From IMG/VR virus record IMGVR_UViG_2522125086_000002: DNA of 7,612 bases; one strand, given 5' to 3'. Positions 1 through 6,139 of the stretch are shown in pieces. The stretch comes from an uncultured virus (IMG/VR IMGVR_UViG_2522125086_000002). Taxonomy: Duplodnaviria > Heunggongvirae > Uroviricota > Caudoviricetes. Numbering within the stretch: position 1 is the stretch's first letter; every line of letters begins with the position of its first letter. The notes under the pieces are model-generated. The model searched no databases and was not told the DNA's origin. It worked only from the letters and a program-made list of their open reading frames with translations. A program made the position numbers and the translations under genes.

Positions 1-78
1 ATTCACAGAATTCTTAGTAATAAGCGTCTGCTGAGTGAGGGATGGGCTACTTTGGAACAGTTTGCGTGGAAGGGCTGA
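1..78 (+). CDS. C-terminal fragment of group II intron reverse transcriptase/maturase (partial, 5' end outside window)
   Basis: Frame 1 reads IHRILSNKRLLSEGWATLEQFAWKG* (TGA 76-78), resembling the '(L/I)SNKRL...G' end of the X/thumb domain in class C intron proteins. The stop lies ~30 nt before domain V, as expected for a protein lacking the endonuclease domain. Confidence 0.75.
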   Translation: MHRILSNKRLLSEGWATLEQFAWKG

Positions 79-173
79 TATATTTACTTCTGCGTTTATC
101 GTTTTGAACCGCCGAATGCGGATCCGCACGTTCGGTGGTGTGGGAGGGGTGAGTTAGGCTCCCCCTACCCGAT
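1..173 (+). mobile_element. 3' end of a group II intron, bacterial class C (IIC): end of intron-encoded ORF, domain V and domain VI
   Basis: Domain V: ACCGCCGAA(108-116) pairs with TTCGGTGGT(131-139), with a CG bulge (129-130), upper stem TGCG/CGCA, a GATC loop and the CGC catalytic triad typical of IIC introns. Domain VI: GGG-AGGGG(142-149) pairs with CCCCT-A-CCC(162-170), with bulged branch A167 seven nt from the ...CCCGAT end at 173. The rest of the intron lies left of the window. Confidence 0.92.
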
Positions 174-228
174 TATATTACGCGCAGCTTTTCTGGAAAA
201 CGGCATTTGAGCCATTACGCGAGGGAAT

Positions 229-783
229 ATGAACAGGGATGAAACCGGCAGGTTTATAGCACTGATTCTCCGGCACCGCCCGGAGACGATAGGCATAGCA
301 CTGGATGAACATGGCTGGGCTGATACGGAGGAACTTGTAGCAGGAATAGCCAGGTTCCGGCCTTTTGATATGAGCATGCTGGAAGAAATCGTAAGAACCG
401 ATGCCAAGCAGCGCTATTCCTTCAATGATGACAAAACCCGGATCAGGGCAAATCAGGGACATTCGATACCGGTAGACGCGGAGCTCAGAAAGGCAGTTCC
501 GCCGGATATTCTGTATCACGGCACGGCCCTTAAGTATGCAGCGGCAATTGCTGAGCAGGGGCTGCTTCCGAAAGCGAGACTGTACGTGCACCTTTCCGGA
601 GACACGGATACTGCCAGAGCCGTGGGAAAGCGTCATGGGAAGCCTGTTGTCTACCAGATTGACAGCAGGAGGATGCATGAGGACGGATTTGATTTCTGCT
701 GTTCGGTAAACGGGGTCTGGCTTACCAGAACGGTTCCGCCCGGGTATCTCAGGAGATTACCGGATGAACCGTACCAGCCCTGA
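229..783 (+). CDS. kptA: RNA 2'-phosphotransferase (Tpt1/KptA family), 184 aa
   Basis: Family motifs LILRH-P, GW, KQRY, RANQGHS, LYHGT, RLYVHLS, GKRHG and NGVWL are present, including the Arg-His-Arg-Arg catalytic tetrad. GAGGGA (221-226) is a possible RBS, though close to the ATG. Confidence 0.95.
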   Translation: MNRDETGRFIALILRHRPETIGIALDEHGWADTEELVAGIARFRPFDMSMLEEIVRTDAKQRYSFNDDKTRIRANQGHSIPVDAELRKAVPPDILYHGTALKYAAAIAEQGLLPKARLYVHLSGDTDTARAVGKRHGKPVVYQIDSRRMHEDGFDFCCSVNGVWLTRTVPPGYLRRLPDEPYQP

Positions 784-993
784 ACAGCTGGCTGTTCCGG
801 GGCATGTTTTCAGATGCTATATCACAAATAATTCAGTTTTTTCAACGAGCCATTCAGCATCTGCAATAGAATGTCTCCGGGCGTTTTTTCTGCTCAGTTT
901 TTTGGTTTATCCGGGAAAAGTCCGGGAAAAACGGCAGCGGTCTGGATTTTGCCAGACCGGAACGGAGTTTTATATTTTTGGAGGATTAGTGAC

Positions 994-1446
994 ATGAAAC
1001 TGGCAACAGCCCTGTCTGAACGCGCCTCTCTGCAGAAGAAGATCACAGAACTGAGCGGCCGGCTGAATAACAATGCCAAGGTGCAGGAAGGTGAAAATCC
1101 GGCGGAGGATCCGGCGGAGCTCATGACCGAGCTGGACAGTAGCCTTGTCAGACTTGAGGAACTGATCTCACGAATCAACAGAACCAACAATGCGACCAAA
1201 TCCGGAGAGACCACGATTACCGATCTGATTGCAAAGAGAGACTGTCTCAGATGGCGCATCCGCATTATGCGGGATTTTCTTACCGTGTCCAGCGACAGAG
1301 TATCCCGGTATTCCAAAACAGAAATCAGAATTCACAGTACTGTCCCCGTGGCAGAACTTCAGAAGCAGGTGGATTCCTATGCGAAGGAGCTGAGAACTGT
1401 GGATGAGAAAATTCAGGAGCTTAACTGGCTGACGGAGCTTCTTTAA
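994..1446 (+). CDS. DIP1984-family (DUF6847-like) coiled-coil protein, 150 aa
   Basis: MKLATALSERASLQKKI...NAKVQEGENPAEDP...INRTN...IAKRD...RYSKTEI...IQELNWLTELL matches the family pattern MKLAEAL..RA.LQ / VQEG..P.EDP / IQ..NW.TEL. RBS GGAGGA (980-985) supports ATG 994 rather than the 871 start in the ORF track. Confidence 0.88.
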   Translation: MKLATALSERASLQKKITELSGRLNNNAKVQEGENPAEDPAELMTELDSSLVRLEELISRINRTNNATKSGETTITDLIAKRDCLRWRIRIMRDFLTVSSDRVSRYSKTEIRIHSTVPVAELQKQVDSYAKELRTVDEKIQELNWLTELL

Positions 1447-1450
1447 AAAT

Positions 1451-1660
1451 GACGGTAGTCCGAACGGGCGGGTAAAATCTCTGCGGTTGAGAGTGAATCG
1501 CGCCAATGGTCGTACTCTGGGCAGGTACAGGAGGTTCGAATCCTCTTTATTTACTGTGTATGCCCAGTACTGATACATCTGTAAATTTTATTTTTTACTG
1601 TAACTACCATTTACCGGCGTTTGGATGAGGGCGGGATCGGGGATTTTTTGAAGAAGCCTG
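1451..1660 (+). ncRNA. Putative structured RNA immediately downstream of the DIP1984-family gene
   Basis: Hand-derived pairings: 1474-1483/1638-1647, 1497-1504/1630-1637, 1505-1513/1603-1611, 1517-1523/1561-1567, 1525-1530/1554-1559, a T-arm-like hairpin GAGG-TTCGAAT-CCTC (1531-1545), and a crossing 9-bp helix 1458-1466/1618-1626. Boundaries are approximate and there is no covariation or expression evidence. Confidence 0.55.
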
Positions 1661-1829
1661 GAGGCAGGAGAGCTTTGGCAGCACATCTTTTGGGGAAAGA
1701 ATCTGTGAGGCCGGTCCGGCTGCTGTGCTATATATAGGCTGCAGTCAGAACCGGCAGAATTCCCGGTACCGGAAGCACACCTGCCAATGAGTCATCCCTG
1801 ACGGCTGATGGCAGCAGGGCGAGGGCAGG

Positions 1830-2840
1830 GGGGCAGGTATAGAGGCGTTCTGAATATCCGAAGGATAGTCAGACAGCTGAAATAACCCTGTCCAGATTAT
1901 CTTCCCAGCATTTTACGGCATCCGGGTATTTACTGCCCAGGAGCTCCTTAAACCTGCTAAAATTTTTCAGGGCAGTTTCTTTGTCAGCAGCATTGCATAC
2001 AGCTTTGACAGAGTCGCAGAAAGCCTTATAAGCCCTGCATGGAACCAGTTCCAGTGAATTTTTCATAAGGTGCGCTGAAAAGTGGTGTGCCACAGTGTCC
2101 GGAAAAACGGTCTTAACACCTTCCTCCAGTCCTGATATCCCGTCCAGGCACATGAAGAGAATATCCTTCACGCCGCATTCTTTAAAACTGTTCAGCATAT
2201 CCAGGCAATTGGATTCTGTTTCAGTCGGGGCAGTCCACAGTCCAAGAATATCCCTTTTGCCCTTCATGGTGATACCGATAATTACATACACCGCATGCTC
2301 TGAGTCGGGGCGGACAGCAGCCTGGCTGTTCATGCTGACGAGGCGGTCAGCATATGCCACTGCATATGCCGGCTCCAGCCGGCGCGCCCGCCATTTATGA
2401 ATCACCGGGGCAAGCCTTGCAGTAATGCATGAAACCAGCTCCGGGTTACTGTTGCCGTGGTAGATTTCTGAAATGGTTTTGGCTATGGCGGCCGGACTCC
2501 TCCCCATGCTGTACAGGGAACAGATCTTGTCATCAACTCCGCACAAGTCAGTCCTGTAGGTTCCCAGAAGCTTAGGTTCAAAACTGCCGTCCCGATCCCT
2601 GGGCATTTTGATAACAATCTCGCCAAGCCTGGTTTTTACAGTCTTGAGGCTATACCCGTTACGACGATCTGCTGTCTGCTTGGCACCCTGGAAGGATCTG
2701 CTGTAACCCAGATGGGCATCCAGTTCTCCCTGGAGCATCTGCTCAACAGCCGTCTTAAATGCTTCATGCAAGGTTTTCTGGGGATTGCTTATTGAGGTAT
2801 TTGCCGTCGCCGGATTCTTGCTACGTTTATGTCTTGGCAT
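1830..2840 (-). pseudogene. Degenerate IS256-family (Mutator-type DDE) transposase
   Basis: The 323-aa ORF 2840..1869 has GELDAHLGY, RNGYS.KT, PRDRDGSFEP, SLYSMG, K.DILGLW, GVKDIL..C.DG and KYP.A.K.W motifs. The ORF stops at VISAV*, but a 1-nt shift near 1881-1883 continues VIQLSDYPSDIQ, resembling the family's F.YP..IR segment. The YTTN..E motif with the third catalytic residue is not recoverable, and the CxxH motif reads FSAH. Confidence 0.88.
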
Positions 2841-2915
2841 AGTTTAGACCTTAATATTCATGAATCTGACTGCGGCACAGCCATGACAGTGTCGCAGGTT
2901 TGTTTGTTCCGGAAG

Positions 2916-2942
2916 AGTTTACACAAGAATTTTATCACTATT
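2916..2942 (-). repeat. Probable left terminal inverted repeat of the IS256-family element
   Basis: The minus strand reads AATAGTGATAAAATTCTTGTGTAAACT, 75 nt upstream of the transposase start. It contains the TGTGTAAA core characteristic of IS256-family ends. No matching right end was found in the window. Confidence 0.55.
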
Positions 2943-3151
2943 GCAGAACTATTGCATGGGATTTTTGCGGTTACAGCAGACAGGAACCTGACTGCTATGG
3001 CGAGAAAACAGTAGAGAATTTGCCGGAACACTATTGGGCGTTATGGCAAAGTCTTTAACAGGAGTTTCTGTGCCGGTACCTAAATGCTGGAAATGGCATT
3101 AACGTACCAGTACAGGAACCGCAATCTTTAAGGCCTGAAGATAAAAACAGT

Positions 3152-3180
3152 GCTCCCGTGGTGCGGAATGGGGAGCTTTT
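3152..3180. terminator. Possible (bidirectional) intrinsic terminator downstream of doc
   Basis: GCTCCC(3152-3157) pairs with GGGAGC(3171-3176), followed by TTTT on + and ACTGTTTTT on -. The loop is long and the U-tracts are weak. Confidence 0.3.
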
Positions 3181-3295
3181 AATCCGGCGGCTATAATCGC
3201 CTGTTTACCGGGGCGGGATCTCCGGATCTGTGCCATACGGGCTGTTTTACGGCCGTTCCGGGAAATTATTCACTGGCAGGAGGTATAAAAGCACC

Positions 3296-3673
3296 TTACA
3301 GCTGGTGTTCAATAATCCACTTTAGCAGGTCTTCAAAAATCAGATCACTTGCAGCAATTCTGAGCACAATATCGGACAGTTCATCCTGCGTATAGTCCAG
3401 TTCTATTCTGTTAAGTGCAAGAAAAACGAGCATGCAGTGCACACCGCTCCTTTTGTTGCCGTCGATAAAAGCATGATTTTTTATGATTCCGTACCCGATT
3501 CGTGCCGCTTTCTGCGGGATTGACGGAAACGCCTCTTTATCACCAAAAACCTGAAAAGGAGCCGCCATAGCAGACTCCAGCAGTCCTCGGTCTCTGATTC
3601 CGTCAGAGCCCCCCGTCTCGGAAATTAAATGAGAATGAAGAGCAATAACCTGTTCCTTTGAAATTCTTATCAC
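3296..3673 (-). CDS. doc: Doc-family (Fic/Doc) type II toxin, 125 aa
   Basis: H..LI...GG..GIRD.GLLESA..AP and the Doc signature HAFIDGNKR are present. The GTG start overlaps the antitoxin TGA (GTGA, 3673-3670), indicating translational coupling. Confidence 0.95.
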   Translation of the reverse strand: MIRISKEQVIALHSHLISETGGSDGIRDRGLLESAMAAPFQVFGDKEAFPSIPQKAARIGYGIIKNHAFIDGNKRSGVHCMLVFLALNRIELDYTQDELSDIVLRIAASDLIFEDLLKWIIEHQL

Positions 3674-3912
3674 TTTGCAAGCACCTCGTAAGCTTTACGG
3701 TTCCGGTCAATGAGTCTCCTGGAAATCTCAAGTAAATCATCGTTATCAGCCAGCTGTTCCTCTTCTGTCTGGGCAAGTTCCATGAGTACATAGCGCGGCT
3801 TATCGTTTTTTAAAATAATTACTGCTCCGTTCAGATCAGCAAGGCGAGTAACTTTTGAAAAGTTCTGGTTAGCCTCGGTAATGGAAATAACACTGTCAGT
3901 ATTTACATTCAT
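3670..3912 (-). CDS. phd: Phd/YefM-family antitoxin, 80 aa
   Basis: N-terminal ISITEANQNFSKV...VIILKNDKPRYVL Phd/YefM pattern, an acidic linker and a C-terminal helix. RBS AGGAG at 3926-3922. It lies directly upstream of doc. Confidence 0.92.
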   Translation of the reverse strand: MNVNTDSVISITEANQNFSKVTRLADLNGAVIILKNDKPRYVLMELAQTEEEQLADNDDLLEISRRLIDRNRKAYEVLAK

Positions 3913-3941
3913 GGATCAGATCTCCTGTGCTTTATATCTTA

Positions 3942-3970
3942 AGTATATTAAATAACTGTAGTAAAATCAA
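3942..3970 (-). promoter_or_regulatory. Sigma70-type promoter of the phd-doc operon
   Basis: Minus strand TTGATT (3970-3965), 17-nt spacer, TATACT (3947-3942), about 30 nt upstream of the phd ATG. Confidence 0.7.
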
Positions 3971-3997
3971 GTTATTCCAATATAATAATCATATTGG
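3951..3997. promoter_or_regulatory. Two adjacent inverted repeats, candidate Phd autorepression operators
   Basis: AATAACT(3951-3957)-12 nt-AGTTATT(3970-3976) straddles the -35 box. CCAATAT(3977-3983)-7 nt-ATATTGG(3991-3997) abuts it. The AT-rich context lowers significance. Confidence 0.45.
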
Positions 3998-4421
3998 TAA
4001 ATAGTATAAATAACATTCTGGCTGTTGCAGATAAGAAGAGACTGTATTTTCGGATGCAGAGGTGTGTAGCATTGCTGATAGTAAAGTAATGAATGCCGGT
4101 ATCAATGATAAGTACTCTTCATATTTGACAGTAAGAAGGTGATTCTTTTTTGAACTTTAATGGAGATCAGCCATGAATTAGCTTTGTGCGGATTATTCGT
4201 TAAAGGGCAGAGGACAGAGGGCAGAATTCAGCCTATGTCATTACCGGAATAAAGAGCTCCCAAAAATCGGGCCGCAAGTCTGACAGTGGAAAGATAGTGA
4301 GATAGTAACCACGCTTTGAGGTAATTTGTGACTCCCTTTCCGATGAATCTTGATCCCCTTCCCTAGGAGATACACCACATTCAATCTATGCAGACAGGAA
4401 CGGAGTTAGAGTTCTGAAAAA

Positions 4422-4546
4422 TAATAATTAAGAAGGGAAGACGCCTGCGGCGCTTCCAGTTTAATAATTAAAGTGGCTTCGCCCCTTTACCCCTAAAACT
4501 GCCTTTCGTTACATAAACTAAAGCGCATGACGGCCTCTAAAGGCCG
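4422..4546. other. Cluster of short hairpins separated by a TAATAATTAA direct repeat
   Basis: TAATAATTAA at 4422-4431 and 4462-4471. Hairpins at 4436-4457, 4470-4488 and 4531-4546. Confidence 0.5.
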
Positions 4547-4739
4547 GAATACGGGGGCTTTTGGTACATGCTGTGCCGCGGAGTCTCCAGGCTGCATCCG
4601 GGTTTGGGAGGAAAGGCGCTTTACCTCCCGCACTCATGCTGCGAAGGAAGAAGATTTCTGATCTGCTAACACCTTTCCAGCTCCGTAACAGCTTCCAAAT
4701 CAGGATAATCCCGGGAATCGGTGAGAGAAGCACAGGATG

Positions 4740-5353
4740 TCAGACTGATTTTCTGGGCGGTCGGAAAATGGTACCTGAAAAAAGGGAGCTGTCTGAAGCC
4801 CTTCGGGATTTTGCCGTAAGCGCGTCAAAGACCTGATTAAGGCTGTCTGCACCGGCGGCGGTATTCTTCACGTAAGCGGCTTTCATAACCTGAGAAAGAG
4901 TCTGCTCCAGCTTGTCAGACAGATTTTTTTCGTCTCCGTTCAGCTCCTCTGGCTTCTTTCCGAAGACCTGCTGAGCCACCATTTTAACGGTAAGGTTTTT
5001 CAGGAGTTCCTCGCTGTTTCTGAGATCTGCAGTCTGGCGGAAGAGACATTTTTTTGTTCCGGTGGCATCATTTTCAGTGAAGCTGAGGAATCTGTTAACC
5101 AGACGATCCATGGTGAGACTGGCAATATTGGTGTCTGCAAAGTTCTTAATGTCTTCAAATTTGAGGGCCATTCGGGGAGAAAGCACCGGATTTGCCTGAT
5201 TGTTGGCAACCACCGGCAGTCCGGCGATGGCGTTTACGGCGTTGTTGGGATTTATAGCGATCTGAGGAGCTCCGGCATTGGGCCTCTATTGTTAGCCGGA
5301 TCAAGCTGAACGTTATTTAAATTTACTGCATTGTTGTGGACATTTCCTGTCAT
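4740..5353 (-). pseudogene. Frameshifted hypothetical protein with Asn/Ala/Pro-rich N-terminus
   Basis: ATG at 5353 with RBS AGAAAGGA gives MTGNVHNNAVNLNNVQLDPANNRG, then stops at 5254-5252. A shifted frame (open from 5285) continues NAGAPQIAINPNNAVNAIAGLPVVANNQANP into the 4740..5213 ORF. The composition is continuous across the shift. Confidence 0.6.
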
Positions 5354-6139
5354 GGTATTGTTTCCTTTCTATTCATTTTGTTTCAGCTGGGATATTCTTT
5401 GTCGCTGCAGTCAGAAATCATCATTTTGTGGCTGTCTGGGACAGGTTTGAACCATATCTCTTCTGATACAGCCGTAATGCATCTTGCTGCTGTGAGAACG
5501 GATGAATTCAAAAATGGTTTCATTTTTTCCCGGGATCTGTTTTTTTGGGAAAAGGCACTTCTTAGGCTAACAGAATACCCTTTGTTTCTGGAAAAAATAA
5601 TATGATTCGGTTTAAATAGTACAGCTTTGACAACAAAATGCGGATGGTATTCCCCGCCAGGCGTTATTATCCCGTAAAATATAAAACTCTGCAAAACCTG
5701 CGATTTGTTCTTGCGCTCGTCTTTTCATTTCCCTGAAGCACTCCGTGGCTGGTGAGGTTTTGCATTATTCCGGCCCCCGGGGCTTCGATTTCCGGATCAT
5801 TCCTCCCTGCGGCAGTTTATGACCGGTGCTATTGATTCCACCGCCCAGCGAGTACAGTCTCTGACAGTTTTATCAGGGCTGGACGTATTTATAGAGAGTT
5901 CTCGAGCTGCTATACCGCAGTGACAGTCAGGTCTCTTATGCACGGGGGCGGCTTATTCTGGCAGTCCGTCATGAATCATATGCTGCAGAACAGAAGAAGC
6001 CGGGCAAATGGTAAATCTGGGACAGGTATGCTGCATCCCGCAGGCTCTTTTGCCTTATTCAAAGACCAGGTTCATCAGGATATCTGGGAAACATAAGAGT
6101 ACTGCCTGCATTCTTTACCTGCTTCAGGTCTTGAAGTAC

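Noticed and set aside
871..993. N-terminal extension of the DIP1984 ORF (191-aa version)
   Set aside because: The family pattern begins at MKLA (994), which has a strong GGAGGA RBS. The extension is not family-like.
1441..1453. -1 ribosomal frameshift at TTTAAAA stimulated by the downstream structure
   Set aside because: The in-frame codons are CTT TAA, so the heptamer is not in the X XXY YYZ phase, and the protein already ends at the usual family C-terminus.
1490..1560. tRNA gene suggested by GGTTCGAATCC
   Set aside because: No acceptor stem, D-arm or anticodon arm at the right spacing, and no CCA. Only the T-arm is present.
1811..1837. G-quadruplex in GGGCGAGGGCAGGGGGGCAGG
   Set aside because: It lacks four separate G3 tracts and lies in the decayed tail of the transposase.
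165..2400. Overlapping or antisense ORFs 165..407, 178..678, 764..997, 894..1316, 1168..1578 and 2095..2400
   Set aside because: They are shadows of, or overlap, well-supported genes and show no recognisable motifs.
174..3912. Integron cassette array (IIC intron, kptA and a TA module are all known cassette-associated content)
   Set aside because: No RYYYAAC...GTTRRRY attC hairpins follow the genes, orientations are mixed, and no integrase is in the window.
4205..4225. Heptamer tandem repeat GG(G/A)CAGA x3
   Set aside because: Too short, and not within a gene or promoter, to imply phase variation or iterons.
4506..4533. Complete dif/pdif Xer site
   Set aside because: Only one arm (TTATGTAAC) resembles XerD. 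The opposite side of a 6-bp spacer lacks a XerC-like arm.
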